DNA from: an uncultured virus (IMG/VR IMGVR_UViG_3300044922_001008)
Lineage: Duplodnaviria; Heunggongvirae; Uroviricota; Caudoviricetes
Virus record (IMG/VR): IMGVR_UViG_3300044922_001008
Strand: one strand, 5' to 3'
DNA: 64,000 nt
Shown here: in pieces, positions 1-10,907 of the stretch
How the letters are laid out: every line of letters starts with the position of its first letter
Position numbering within the stretch: position 1 is the stretch's first letter
Made by a program: the position numbers and the translations under genes
Notes under the pieces: model-generated
Told to the model about the DNA's origin: nothing
The model's database searches: none
The model's input: only the letters and a program-made list of their open reading frames with translations

Positions 1-270
1 GATAAATTATATCGAAAATTTGAAGATGAGCTTAGAGTTAAAATTTCAAATAGAATAGATGCATTTTTCAGTATTAATCGTTGGGAGTATGGCAAAACAT
101 TAAAAGAAAATGATCTAATAAAAGAATTTTCTGATTTAAAGGAAATTAAATCAGTTGATATTACATTTAATACAGATGATATAACTTTAGGGGCTACAAA
201 TATTGTTACAACTAAATTTTATGAAATAATTAGATCTGACATTATTGAATTAGGATTCGTTTACGAATAA
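1..270 (+). CDS. Baseplate wedge protein, C-terminal fragment (T4 gp6/baseplate J-like); gene begins before the window
   Basis: Open frame 1 to TAA at 268-270: DKLYRKFEDELRVKISNRIDAFFSINRWEYGKTL...ELGFVYE; directly upstream of a gpI/gp7-like gene. Confidence 0.6.
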   Translation, partial: DKLYRKFEDELRVKISNRIDAFFSINRWEYGKTLKENDLIKEFSDLKEIKSVDITFNTDDITLGATNIVTTKFYEIIRSDIIELGFVYE

Positions 271-275
271 TTACA

Positions 276-3200
276 ATGGCACAAAAAAAAATATCTGAGA
301 ATCCAAAAATAACTGATGAAATCATTTTTGAGTTAGAAACTCCAGATGATGATGGCTGTTTATTGTCCGATCCTTATAGGGTTGACAAAATAGTAATATA
401 TTTTATAGAAAGAAGTTTTATTGATCCAACCGTCAATGAATATACTCAAGAAATTTATGATAAAGAAAAACTACAAACAACATTAGAATCTGAGAAATTA
501 GCTTGTGATTATCCAACTGAAGAAAACATATTTAAAGCCAGAAAGAATAGAGTCAATCTCGAATCAAGTATTACGCAACAAAAATTTTATTACAAAGATG
601 CAACACCAGTATTCACTCTTGGCAATCCAGAATTTCCAGCTTGGCTATCTACAGACCAAGATAATGCATTAATTACAAAAGTGTCTACAGACGCAAATGG
701 AAATACTTTATATGGTAATTTTCAATATATTTGGGATGCTCAAGGATATCGTGAAGGCGATTATTTCATTTGTTTTACTTGGACTTCTGTAATTGCCGGA
801 ACAACAAAATCAAGTCATCAGAAATTTAATTTATTAGGCGATACAAGAGCCACAGCAGTTCCATCGCATTTTACTGTTCCAGAAAAATATGCGACTTTAT
901 TTGAAAGATATACTCCAGAAATATTCAAAATAAGATTTAGTGAATTTGATAGAACTCCAGATGTTATAAACAAATTGAATTTAGCTACTGCCGATGGATT
1001 TACCATTATTGAAGATTATGCGAATCAAATTATTGATTTATTTGATGCAAATGTAGTGAATGAAAAATTATTGCCATTTCTATCAAATCTTTTCAGCTTG
1101 AAGCTTAAATCAAATGATCCTTATTTGTGGAGAAGACAAATAAAGAGAGCGATGCCAATCTTCAAGAAGAAAGGAACCATAAGTGGTCTAATAGAATCCT
1201 TGGATCAATCTGGAATTAAATTTATAAAGTATACAAGATTGTGGCAAGTAATTAGCGATTATACTTGGCAAGAAGTGTTTACTTATGACGGAAATTTAAA
1301 TACTTTTGTATTAGAAAAAACAGCATTGTCATTAGATTTAAATAATTTTGAATTATATATTCGTTATTCTGATAGTGACACATGGGATTTGTTAACATCA
1401 GATTATATTGAATTTGGAAATATAGATGGTATTTCAACTATAGAATGGATTGGTGATACTCTTTCGGTAAATCCAATAACATTAGAAGAAGGCGATTCGA
1501 TCAGATTAGTATATAAATATAATGAGATCAATAGTCCTTCCGAACAATCGATAGAAGATTATGTAAGAACTTTATCGCTTTCTGACACCAGAGATGAAAG
1601 AGATCAAGAGTACCCATTAAAAAATTGGAATGTAAGATTGATTGAAGAAACAGATCCTTTGTTTGATGTTATTATTCCGACAAAAAATCCATTCCATGAC
1701 AATGTTATATTCGGGAAAGTAAAAACAGAATTTCCATTTTCAGAAAACATTTATAACATGGATGAATACAATGGATCGATTAGAAATTCAAATGATCCAT
1801 GCGATATTGACAAGAATTTCATCGATCCGTGCTTTAGTAGTTTGAGCAGCAAATATAACATAGATTTAGAAATCAAAAATTTAAGTGATGATAGGATTGT
1901 TGAGGCTTATGAAGTTCTCAGTGAATCTTTACCTTTTCATGCAATTTTACATGTAATGAATATTTATGGAGGTTTTGAAGAAGTCATAATGCCACCAATT
2001 GAAGAAATTGAGGCTCTTATGACTTACAAGCAAAGCAACTTTATCATTTCTGGAAATGCACAAATGTGGTTTAATAGGGGCATGAAAAACGGTCTTACTA
2101 CATCTGCCGTATTGAGAAATGCACTAGCTAGTTCTACTATTGTAAATTCTGGATCTGGTATTGCCTATAACGATAGTGTAGTTTTATTTTCTGGTGAAGT
2201 TAATTTTAAACAAATTGGCGTAGTTTTAAATGGAACAGGAATTTTAAAGGTTTTGGGTGGTACTTTAGCTGGTGAGTATACAATTCAAAATCCTGTTGCA
2301 AATACAATTGAAGTAAATACAGTATCAGAACCATTGGATGAAACCAATTCCGTATTTGCTGGTTCTTTATTAGGACTTGATTCAAGAGCATTTTCATTTA
2401 GGATTTCAAATCCAATTGACTCAACAAGTAGTATAAACATATATCAAGATAATATCTTTTCTTTTTCAGATAGCAGTAAAGATTTTGCTGAATTTAAATC
2501 TCTTTGGGATGTTACTGAAGGATATTCGTCTGGTTCGTGGAAAATTAAAATTATTGCATATTCAGCAACAGCTTATGATATCTTAAACATTCTGCCTAAT
2601 AAAATATTATTATTACAAGATGATGGAACACTTCCGCCAACATCTGTAAGTTCTGTTTCTTATGAGGCATACGATAAAGATGACAATTTATTATTCACAT
2701 CTACAAGTGGCAGCATTATAGTTACTGCAAGAGGAAGAACTGAAGTTTTAAATTCTGATTTTCATGATGTTCGAAATATTTACAGTGTTGGGTTTTATCA
2801 AAAGATTTCTGGTGTTGAATATAGGATTAGTGGTTTTGTTGATGGAACTGTCGATCAATTTTACATTGAAAATTATACAAATGGCGATGTTATTGGAACA
2901 AGTCTTGAAATATTCCAAAGATTAGTTGACAATAAGATTGGCTATATGAGTCATAAAGGTTTTAAAATTCAAATAGTTGGCGATTTAGAATCTTCGCTTG
3001 GTATTGTTAATGGAGCCAATAATTTGATATCAACTCCATTGGAGAATGATTATTTCAAAGAGAATTATTTGATTGAAATTGATGGAGATTTATATTTTAT
3101 ACAAGAAATTGATGGCAACAATCCATCGGGAAATACTACAATAACTCTCGAAGGTTCAGACAGGTATTGGAAGACTTTCTCTTCTGGTGGTACTTCAGAA

Positions 3201-3473
3201 AGTTACACCATTTATAGATACACCAAAACACAAAATGTAACTATAGCAGGACAACAGTTTGATTTGCCAGAAGTTACATTTAACAGAATTGATAGGCGAG
3301 GCAGTGAAATGACAGGAAATTCAGAAAACATCAATCCAATAATGTCTATTGCATCAAAAGATCAACCAGAAGATCAACCAAAAGATAATTTTGTTGAATC
3401 TTTGAAGCAAAATGAAAAGATTGAATTTATAATAGATTACCAAGATGGAAATACGAAGAAAGGCGAATTATGA
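276..3473 (+). CDS. Baseplate wedge/tail protein (P2 gpI / T4 gp7-like domain)
   Basis: 1065 aa; LLPFLSNLF...WRRQIKRAMPIFKKKGTISGL resembles the Tail_P2_I signature; position after a gpJ/gp6-like gene. Confidence 0.7.
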   Translation: MAQKKISENPKITDEIIFELETPDDDGCLLSDPYRVDKIVIYFIERSFIDPTVNEYTQEIYDKEKLQTTLESEKLACDYPTEENIFKARKNRVNLESSITQQKFYYKDATPVFTLGNPEFPAWLSTDQDNALITKVSTDANGNTLYGNFQYIWDAQGYREGDYFICFTWTSVIAGTTKSSHQKFNLLGDTRATAVPSHFTVPEKYATLFERYTPEIFKIRFSEFDRTPDVINKLNLATADGFTIIEDYANQIIDLFDANVVNEKLLPFLSNLFSLKLKSNDPYLWRRQIKRAMPIFKKKGTISGLIESLDQSGIKFIKYTRLWQVISDYTWQEVFTYDGNLNTFVLEKTALSLDLNNFELYIRYSDSDTWDLLTSDYIEFGNIDGISTIEWIGDTLSVNPITLEEGDSIRLVYKYNEINSPSEQSIEDYVRTLSLSDTRDERDQEYPLKNWNVRLIEETDPLFDVIIPTKNPFHDNVIFGKVKTEFPFSENIYNMDEYNGSIRNSNDPCDIDKNFIDPCFSSLSSKYNIDLEIKNLSDDRIVEAYEVLSESLPFHAILHVMNIYGGFEEVIMPPIEEIEALMTYKQSNFIISGNAQMWFNRGMKNGLTTSAVLRNALASSTIVNSGSGIAYNDSVVLFSGEVNFKQIGVVLNGTGILKVLGGTLAGEYTIQNPVANTIEVNTVSEPLDETNSVFAGSLLGLDSRAFSFRISNPIDSTSSINIYQDNIFSFSDSSKDFAEFKSLWDVTEGYSSGSWKIKIIAYSATAYDILNILPNKILLLQDDGTLPPTSVSSVSYEAYDKDDNLLFTSTSGSIIVTARGRTEVLNSDFHDVRNIYSVGFYQKISGVEYRISGFVDGTVDQFYIENYTNGDVIGTSLEIFQRLVDNKIGYMSHKGFKIQIVGDLESSLGIVNGANNLISTPLENDYFKENYLIEIDGDLYFIQEIDGNNPSGNTTITLEGSDRYWKTFSSGGTSESYTIYRYTKTQNVTIAGQQFDLPEVTFNRIDRRGSEMTGNSENINPIMSIASKDQPEDQPKDNFVESLKQNEKIEFIIDYQDGNTKKGEL

Positions 3474-3949
3474 CAAATCAACATGAAGCAATGACCGTAG
3501 TTGGCGTGGTAGAAAGAATCATCGAATATAAAGATGGTAGCAAAGAAGTATCCGAAATAAAAAATACTATTTTGCGTAAGGGCAGAGAAGCCTTAGCCAA
3601 AAGTCTAGCCAATAGTATCGGAAGCACTTATGATTATTTCATAAATCGTATGCTTTTTGGTGATGGAGGAACCAGTGGCGGAACTCTTAAGTATGTTGAT
3701 ACTCAAAGAACTGGTTTATTTGGTATTACCAGAGCGAGCAAGCCAGTCATTAGTCAAATTGATCCAAATATTCCAAGTCAAGTTGTTTTCACATCTGTGT
3801 TAACATTTGATGATGCTAATGGATACGCTCTCAATGAAATGGCACTTCAAATGTCAAATGGCGATTTATATAGCATGGTAACATTTGCAGATTTAAATAA
3901 AACCTCCTCCATGCAAATAACTTTCAATTGGCGTTTATCATTTGTATAA
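3470..3949 (+). CDS. Baseplate/tail-fibre attachment protein
   Basis: KNTILRKGREALAK...FGDGG...ANGYALNEMAL...KTSSMQITFNWRLSF; ATGA overlap with the upstream gene. Confidence 0.6.
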   Translation: MTNQHEAMTVVGVVERIIEYKDGSKEVSEIKNTILRKGREALAKSLANSIGSTYDYFINRMLFGDGGTSGGTLKYVDTQRTGLFGITRASKPVISQIDPNIPSQVVFTSVLTFDDANGYALNEMALQMSNGDLYSMVTFADLNKTSSMQITFNWRLSFV

Positions 3950-3963
3950 AGATTGGTTAAAAT

Positions 3964-4233
3964 ATGGCAAGAAATATTGTAATTTTGGATATAAAATGTC
4001 AAGATCTTAAAAAAGATGTAAAGATGTTAGTATTAGACAATGAAGTTTTTGATTGGGGTCTTGACAAAGAGTCCATCAATCGTGCAAAAAAAATGATTGA
4101 TCAAAAACCAGATATGAAAGAATCAATCATCATGTCTATAATAAATCATTTTTTAGAATGTTTTTCTGATTTTTGTGGCAGAAACATAACTCTCGAAGAA
4201 TTTCTTTTAATTATTGAAAAAGGAAGTATTTAA
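3964..4233 (+). CDS. Hypothetical protein, paralog of 61119..61424
   Basis: LDNEVFDWGLD...HFLECFSDFCGRNITLEE aligns with IDDQLLDWSVD...HFLQSISDFIGRKVSVEE. Confidence 0.6.
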   Translation: MARNIVILDIKCQDLKKDVKMLVLDNEVFDWGLDKESINRAKKMIDQKPDMKESIIMSIINHFLECFSDFCGRNITLEEFLLIIEKGSI

Positions 4234-4752
4234 ATGACTTCTCCACTAACATTCCATGAAATGGATGATCGATTCTACATCAAAGAGTCAACTATTTCTG
4301 GTGCTGGAAAAGGTTTATTTGCCAGAACAAAAATACTTGAAAATGATAGATTGATGATTAAAGGAATTCTTGTTGAAAAGGATAGTCCTGCAGATTTATG
4401 CACGACATTTTCAAATTCTTATAAATTTGCAGCAAGTTTGATATCGTTACCCAATGGAGAAGTTGATTGTGGTAATTTTTTTATTATACCACTTGGATAT
4501 TCTGGAATTGTGAATCATATAGCGGATGAATCAAAGCGTAATGTTCAAATAACTTATCTTGGAAATTATGAAGTTGCTTATGAATTTTTAAAAGATGTTC
4601 ATAAAGACGAAGAGATATTGGGAAACTATGGAGATGAGTGGCAAAAAATTCTCGCTTGGTCTGATTTGCAAAAATCAAAAAATAAAACAGATATTAAATT
4701 GTGGAAGAAATTTTTAGATTTAAATTTATATGATCTTGGTGGTTTAAAATGA
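4234..4752 (+). CDS. SET-domain protein (putative protein-lysine methyltransferase)
   Basis: IKESTISGAGKGLFA (motif I), GIVNH (NH motif), KDVHKDEEILGNYG (EEI..Y motif). Confidence 0.8.
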   Translation: MTSPLTFHEMDDRFYIKESTISGAGKGLFARTKILENDRLMIKGILVEKDSPADLCTTFSNSYKFAASLISLPNGEVDCGNFFIIPLGYSGIVNHIADESKRNVQITYLGNYEVAYEFLKDVHKDEEILGNYGDEWQKILAWSDLQKSKNKTDIKLWKKFLDLNLYDLGGLK

Positions 4753-4900
4753 ATTATTGGTTGGATAAAAAAAAGCAAGAAGAAGAAAAATATAAAAAAA
4801 CAACAGTAAATATTACATTGTAAATTCTTTCCCAAAACAATGGAAAATTGTCGGTAAGAAAAACAATAAAAAAAGTCATATATAAGAACAAAGGATAAAC

Positions 4901-5752
4901 ATGGTTGATCTATCAAGACTCCCAACACCAGAATACTCTGCTCAGAACCCATATCATTATACATATGATAACATTCCAATTAAACAATTGGCAGAAAGAG
5001 ATGTTCTTATAAACAATGAATTGGAAAATGTTTCGAATATTATTCGTAGTGGTGCTGGAACTCAAGGAAATATAGCAAATAGAATAGATCAATCAATTGA
5101 TGAAAATGGAGATTTAAGACCATCTGCGGTTGATGAGTCTCTTCACAATATAGCAGAACATACAGATGGATCAAAATCAGAAGATTTTGGAACATTGAGT
5201 TATATCAACACAACGCTTGGATTTTCGAGTGTTGTAAATCCAGTTTCTTATGTCAGAATGTTAGATGTAGAAAGATCTAAGTTGAATTTAATCGCTGAAG
5301 AGGCGACAGATATTGATTTTCAAGTAGTAACTCCTAGCAGTACCATAACAATTCCAGAAGGAACTATATCTTTTGAAGCATCTGACAATATTTATTGGGA
5401 AATAACTGGTCCTTCTGGACCTACCATGCCATATGTATTGAAGCCAATATTAGGCATTGGAACAACTTATTTTCACAATCATTATTATAATGTTGAGCCA
5501 ATAACATCAAATTATATTGATTATACAGTAACTGCAATAAGCACTCCGTACATTGAAGGAAGCTTAAGAGTGTACATCAATGGAATTAGTATAAATGATA
5601 GTGCTTCAGTTTATGTTCCTACTAGTGATCCAACCGATCCTTGGGTTCAAAATAAATTTACTCCAGATTATGCTAATGGATCTTTTGCTCTTGATATTGC
5701 ACTAACAAGTAATGATATAATAAGAATAGATTTTGACATTTCACTTTCATGA
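4901..5752 (+). CDS. Putative virion structural protein
   Basis: 283 aa; LAERD...L coiled segment and C-terminal YIEGSLRVYINGI...IRIDF beta domain; AAGGA RBS; lies in the tail module. Confidence 0.5.
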   Translation: MVDLSRLPTPEYSAQNPYHYTYDNIPIKQLAERDVLINNELENVSNIIRSGAGTQGNIANRIDQSIDENGDLRPSAVDESLHNIAEHTDGSKSEDFGTLSYINTTLGFSSVVNPVSYVRMLDVERSKLNLIAEEATDIDFQVVTPSSTITIPEGTISFEASDNIYWEITGPSGPTMPYVLKPILGIGTTYFHNHYYNVEPITSNYIDYTVTAISTPYIEGSLRVYINGISINDSASVYVPTSDPTDPWVQNKFTPDYANGSFALDIALTSNDIIRIDFDISLS

Positions 5753-5761
5753 GAATTTCAA

Positions 5762-6292
5762 ATGAATGAGCCAAAAGATTTGAATTATGGATTCATTATT
5801 ATTGTTCCAGAAAACAACCCAAAACTAGTTGAGATAACAGTATCTTCAATTAAGAGCAAATTCAATAAAAGCCCATTTATTTGCGTTGTTACTAGCAATA
5901 TATCTTCAGAAAATGAAAAAGAAATTTCACAATTTTGCCCAACATATAAAGCTGGAAATAGTTATTCTTCATTAATCAATGAGGGAATAAAAAATTCTCC
6001 ATCAGAATGGAATCTGATAATTATATCTGGTACATCTATAAGAAATAGAATTTTCAGAAAATATTCTTGTTTTATTGAAAGCGAAAAAGACATTCTATTT
6101 CCAATTGTTGATAGAAAGCTAAATTTCATTGATGGAACAGTTAATGGAATATTAATACATAGAAATGCACATCAAAATCTTGGTGATATCCCTCAAATGA
6201 GTACGCTCCAAGAATGCAAATCTCTTTGGGCTGAAAAAGCTTTAAGGCATGGATATAAATTTAAAGCAGTGGTTGGTGCTGGCTTAGTTTAA
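5762..6292 (+). CDS. Glycosyltransferase family 2-like protein (divergent GT-A fold)
   Basis: FIIIVPENNPKLVEITVSSI...YSSLINEGIKNSPSEWNLII; the DxD motif is not evident. Confidence 0.45.
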   Translation: MNEPKDLNYGFIIIVPENNPKLVEITVSSIKSKFNKSPFICVVTSNISSENEKEISQFCPTYKAGNSYSSLINEGIKNSPSEWNLIIISGTSIRNRIFRKYSCFIESEKDILFPIVDRKLNFIDGTVNGILIHRNAHQNLGDIPQMSTLQECKSLWAEKALRHGYKFKAVVGAGLV

Positions 6293-6792
6293 GAGCATCT
6301 TTGCTTTAAAAGATACCAAGTATCATCGTATTCTATACCTTTATCGACACGATCTAGATATACATATAGATCATTCCATGATCCAAACATATGATTTAAT
6401 GGAAATAAGCCAAAATACCATACTGGCAAGTTTTCAATTCCTGTTGGGCATACAAGTAAAGTTGGCTTCATGGCTCTCCAGCTTTCTGTAATTTCGTGAT
6501 GTGTTCCTGTGGTTGGAATTTTATATGGCAAACAAGCTATGAGAATATCAGATTTATAGACCATTCCTAAATCTTTTCTGACAAATTCTTCTGCAATTTC
6601 TTTCATTCTTTGAAAATTTTTTGTTTCTTTGGCTAAAGAGATTTCTGGCAACCACTGTTGTTTTGGGTCTGTAAATGGGTCAAAAATCTTTAATCCAAAA
6701 TTATTTTCAAGTATATTAATTGGTTCCGTTCTCCAATTAAGATCATTAAATTCGATTGGTCCACTCAAATAAACTGAAGATCCCGCCAGCAT
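6289..6792 (-). CDS. Nucleoside 2-deoxyribosyltransferase-like protein
   Basis: VYLSGPI, IFDPF, DLGMVYKSDILIA, TGTHHEI...KP motifs. Confidence 0.75.
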   Translation of the reverse strand: MLAGSSVYLSGPIEFNDLNWRTEPINILENNFGLKIFDPFTDPKQQWLPEISLAKETKNFQRMKEIAEEFVRKDLGMVYKSDILIACLPYKIPTTGTHHEITESWRAMKPTLLVCPTGIENLPVWYFGLFPLNHMFGSWNDLYVYLDRVDKGIEYDDTWYLLKQRCS

Positions 6793-6884
6793 GTTTCGCT
6801 CCTATTTAAGAAAAAATCCATTTTAATTTATTTTAAAAAGAAATCAATGGAGATTTGAAACTCTAATATATTAAGGAGAAAATC

Positions 6885-7580
6885 ATGGAAAACACGAACA
6901 TTTTGAAGCAAATGAATGAGATTTTAAATTACGAAATGGCTGAGAGGCATAGTTATTTCCAAATGAAATATTTCATTGTAAATAAAGAACCTACCACACA
7001 ATCTAAAATGTGGCAATGTTTAAGAGAAATAAAAAGTCGATATGAATCTCTACAAGCATTAGATTTAGAGATAGATGAAAGCAAGGACAACCTAGAATTG
7101 ATTGATATTAACATAAATAAGATGATAGCCATATATGATAAAAAAGTATCAATGGGAAAGCCTTCTGATTCTTTAAAAATATCTGAAATCAAGCTAAGAA
7201 AAGCAAAAAGACAGAGAGTTATGGCTGATAAGAATATTGAAACTCTTGTTAAAAAGAAAAAGAACCTAGAGGAAGAGGCTAATTTCTTTGTGCTTTCATT
7301 TAGAAATTTGGAAGTGGTTGAGCCTTTAAAGGATTATGACGATTTGGAATCTCAAAAACAATATTGGGGAGAAAAGCTATTGCAAAAAATAAATTTAAAA
7401 ATGTTGTTGCAGTCGCAGGTAGATACAGAGCTAATTGAAACTGTTTTGGCTCTTCCAGATGACATTCCAATTAAGGGTCAAACAGTGAAAAATCTTGATA
7501 GTATGCACAAGAAAATGATTCAAATGAAAAATCAAGCAGAACAGGCGATAAGCCAAAAGCAGGAATTAAATGGCAATTAG
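6885..7580 (+). CDS. Hypothetical coiled-coil protein
   Basis: 231 aa, AAGGAG RBS, heptad-rich central region. Confidence 0.55.
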   Translation: MENTNILKQMNEILNYEMAERHSYFQMKYFIVNKEPTTQSKMWQCLREIKSRYESLQALDLEIDESKDNLELIDININKMIAIYDKKVSMGKPSDSLKISEIKLRKAKRQRVMADKNIETLVKKKKNLEEEANFFVLSFRNLEVVEPLKDYDDLESQKQYWGEKLLQKINLKMLLQSQVDTELIETVLALPDDIPIKGQTVKNLDSMHKKMIQMKNQAEQAISQKQELNGN

Positions 7581-8619
7581 AATTTCAAGTTTAGATGCTG
7601 GTTATACCATTGGTGGTTTATCTACATTCCCCAGTGGTATTGACAATAGCCAATCTTTATATGAAGCAAGAAATAATGCAGAAACAACTCTGCGTCAATC
7701 ACTTTCTTTTAATGGTAAATATATAATTGTAAATGACAATTCTATGTTTCCAAGTAAAGGTCTACTTCGCATAGGTCCTCCTTCCGGCAAAGCTGGAAAT
7801 TATGAATTGATATATTATGCAGCAAAAACAAACAATGTTTTTAGCGATCTAGTTCGTGGGTTTGCAGGATCAAGACAATCTACTTGGTCAACTGGAAGTC
7901 ATGTTTTACATTCTGTGATGGCAGAACATCATAATGCTTTAAGAGATGCAATTTATAATATGGAAGTTGATTTGGGTACTAGTAGTGATCCGACATCAGA
8001 ATCTCTTAATGGAATATTAAAAAGACAAGAAAATATATTCTTAGCTCCAAAGCCTATATTTAGGGCGCATAAGATCATTGGAGTTCCGCCATTAACTATT
8101 AGATTTCAAAATTTTAGTACTGGTCCAATCATTCGTTATTTGTGGGATTTTGGTGATGGAACAACATCCGTAGAAAAAAACCCAATACATACATATCAAA
8201 ATGAAGGAATTTATAGTGTTCAATTGAATGTGGTTTCTGTCCTTGGAGGACAAGGAATTGCAACAAAAAGTAATTACATAACAGTTAGTAAGCAAGAAAT
8301 TACAACATTTTTTTATGTAACACCAACAGTTGGTATATCTAAAGAAACAGCATTAAAGCTTTCACTAACTCCAACTATCTTTAAATTTGTTGATCAAACA
8401 GATGGCGATATAAGTCAAAGATACTGGATATTTGGTGGAAATGGCACCATTAATGGAATACCAGTTACAAATCAAAGCTATCAAGAAAATAATTCCAACA
8501 TTCATGAGGTTCAATTTGTGTACGATAAACCAAATTCATATATTCCCGGTTTAATGTTGGTGTTGGAAAACTCAAATAGCAAAAAAGCATTCCTTTCTGA
8601 AAACATCGTGGTGAGCTAA
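7570..8619 (+). CDS. PKD-domain virion protein (paralog 1)
   Basis: [33 protein letters not shown] signature; N-terminal FP..D...AEHHNAL domain. Confidence 0.75.
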   Translation: MAIRISSLDAGYTIGGLSTFPSGIDNSQSLYEARNNAETTLRQSLSFNGKYIIVNDNSMFPSKGLLRIGPPSGKAGNYELIYYAAKTNNVFSDLVRGFAGSRQSTWSTGSHVLHSVMAEHHNALRDAIYNMEVDLGTSSDPTSESLNGILKRQENIFLAPKPIFRAHKIIGVPPLTIRFQNFSTGPIIRYLWDFGDGTTSVEKNPIHTYQNEGIYSVQLNVVSVLGGQGIATKSNYITVSKQEITTFFYVTPTVGISKETALKLSLTPTIFKFVDQTDGDISQRYWIFGGNGTINGIPVTNQSYQENNSNIHEVQFVYDKPNSYIPGLMLVLENSNSKKAFLSENIVVS

Positions 8620-10883
8620 TGACAATACCTTCAGTATCTAATTTTCCAACAAGCATAGACACAGATGATAATCTATTTTTAGTTCATGATAGTTTGCGTG
8701 TAAAACTTTCACAAGACTATAATCCCGGCGACAACTCCATTACAGTTTATGGTGACACTACAATCATAGGAAGATTTCCAGATACTGGAATTATCACATT
8801 GACGGAGCAATGTAGTGACGCAGAATTTAGATCATTGTCTTTTTACTATGGAAGCAGAACTCAAATTTCTTTTGATGAGCTTGAGTTGTTGCCCGGATTT
8901 ATTGATACTGCAAAACCAAAAGATATAACAAATATCACTCAAAATGTAATGGCTCAACATCACAATGCAATTAAAAATGCATTAATTGCAATTCAAGAAA
9001 CGGCTGGTAAAAAAGATGAAATTGCAGATTTTCCATTAACTGGAACCATGGAAGAAAGAATCAATTATCTTAGAAGTATAGCATTGATTCCAAAGGCTTG
9101 GTTTACATCGAATAAATCGATAGGTTTAATTCCTTTTACAGTACAATTCAAAGATTTAAGTTTTAGATTAGGCACAGATGGAACATCAGGATCAATTAGT
9201 TATATTTGGGATTTTGGAGACAACACTTCATCTATTATCAGTTCAATAAGTTCGACTGAGGGTCCTATTTCTCAAGATAATGTTTTAGTTGAAGACTTAG
9301 ATGGTGGAACAATTACCAAAGTTTATACTAGACCGGGAATTTATGATGTTTCATTGACAGTAACGAATGATTTTGGAACAGATACAGTTGTATTCCCACA
9401 ATTTGTTAATGCGAGAGTTTCAGCACCAGAAAAAGCAGTTATAAATTTCAATGTTCGAACTGGTCAATCACAAATTGTAAATGGAATTCCAAGTGGTGGT
9501 CCATACACAACAACTCCAGTATTAAGAACTCCAGTAAATGTATTTGTTGATGCAGATATTCCTATTGGCATCAATCCAAATACTGGAAAAACTTATTCTG
9601 GAGAAGAAGTTTCTGGTTTAGACCCAATTGATCCAGTAACAACATATACTTGGTATTTGGCTGATGATCTTGTTCATAACAATTCATCTAATGTCCGTGG
9701 GTCTTATAGTGTTGGTGGAATTTACAACTTACATTTAAGATGCGATACTGCTTATGGTGCATATAGAATTACAACCTATGATAATGCTATTGATGTTGTT
9801 GAAAAATATAATTTATGGCTATGGAATTATTATTCAGCAAATCAAATTAAAAGTTCTGAATTTGGATTGATAAGTGAAACATTTAAAACTGGATTTAGTA
9901 CTGCAGTATCAATATCAAGAAATAAAACATTTCTTGATGGTGCAACAAATGAAGCTCAACAAAAAAAAGAATTTGAAAGAAATGTTGGATTTTCACCAAG
10001 AGGAACAACACCTTCTGGGAATGGTGGCGTAGGACTTCTTTATTATGCAAGTGGCAGAAATGCTGTAGATTCTCCAATTCTCGAATCAATTAATTTTCAT
10101 GAGTTCAATGGCTTTACACAAACTTATTTAGTTCAAAGCCCAATTTCCAGACCATGGAATTGGGTTGAATTGCACAGTGCAAATAGCATTTATTTTATCT
10201 TAGGAAATATTACAACACCGCAAATTTCTGGAACTAGTCTTACAAATCAAGTTAAAGATAAATTAAATTTAAATGATCTTTCCACTATTACTGAAAATTT
10301 AACTACTTCGAATTATAAAAGTGGCGCTCAGGAATTGAAAAATAACGAAGTTTCATTTGACATTAGTGGCAATCCAAATCAAGGTCATATGAGCGTTTAC
10401 AGATCATGCTGGAAAGATACATCTGGATTCTTTTTGAGAAATCAAGGTGTTGGAACATTTTTCAGAATTAAAAGTTTTTATAAGACCTCTGGATCAACAT
10501 CAGAATATTTTCAAGATATCAAAAAATTAACTGATATGTCTGGAACGGCAAAACTTGAAGGACAATTAGTTCCATTGAGTCAAGGAGTTTACTTTTTCAA
10601 TAACACCGGAGCTATATCTGCATATAACCAAAATACAAATGTTTGGGAAACAGGTGGAACTGGTGTTAATTCTGCATCATTTAGATATCTTCAAGATAAT
10701 ACAATTGTCGGATTCGATGGACAGGATCAAACGCTCGTTGCTACTTCTGATTCTAATAAAATTGCCTATTTGAGTTTTGATTATAGTGCAAAAGCATTTA
10801 TCAAATTCAATGAAACAACGCTAACTTTTAGCAATGTTTCTTATAGACCAATAGGAACACAATTTAACATGTCTATTTTCTAA
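8619..10883 (+). CDS. PKD-domain virion protein (paralog 2)
   Basis: YIWDFGD...YTRPGIYDVSLTVTNDFG PKD signature; N-terminal FP..D...AQHHNAI domain. Confidence 0.75.
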   Translation: MTIPSVSNFPTSIDTDDNLFLVHDSLRVKLSQDYNPGDNSITVYGDTTIIGRFPDTGIITLTEQCSDAEFRSLSFYYGSRTQISFDELELLPGFIDTAKPKDITNITQNVMAQHHNAIKNALIAIQETAGKKDEIADFPLTGTMEERINYLRSIALIPKAWFTSNKSIGLIPFTVQFKDLSFRLGTDGTSGSISYIWDFGDNTSSIISSISSTEGPISQDNVLVEDLDGGTITKVYTRPGIYDVSLTVTNDFGTDTVVFPQFVNARVSAPEKAVINFNVRTGQSQIVNGIPSGGPYTTTPVLRTPVNVFVDADIPIGINPNTGKTYSGEEVSGLDPIDPVTTYTWYLADDLVHNNSSNVRGSYSVGGIYNLHLRCDTAYGAYRITTYDNAIDVVEKYNLWLWNYYSANQIKSSEFGLISETFKTGFSTAVSISRNKTFLDGATNEAQQKKEFERNVGFSPRGTTPSGNGGVGLLYYASGRNAVDSPILESINFHEFNGFTQTYLVQSPISRPWNWVELHSANSIYFILGNITTPQISGTSLTNQVKDKLNLNDLSTITENLTTSNYKSGAQELKNNEVSFDISGNPNQGHMSVYRSCWKDTSGFFLRNQGVGTFFRIKSFYKTSGSTSEYFQDIKKLTDMSGTAKLEGQLVPLSQGVYFFNNTGAISAYNQNTNVWETGGTGVNSASFRYLQDNTIVGFDGQDQTLVATSDSNKIAYLSFDYSAKAFIKFNETTLTFSNVSYRPIGTQFNMSIF

Positions 10884-10907
10884 CTATAAACGCTAAATAA
10901 AGAGAAG

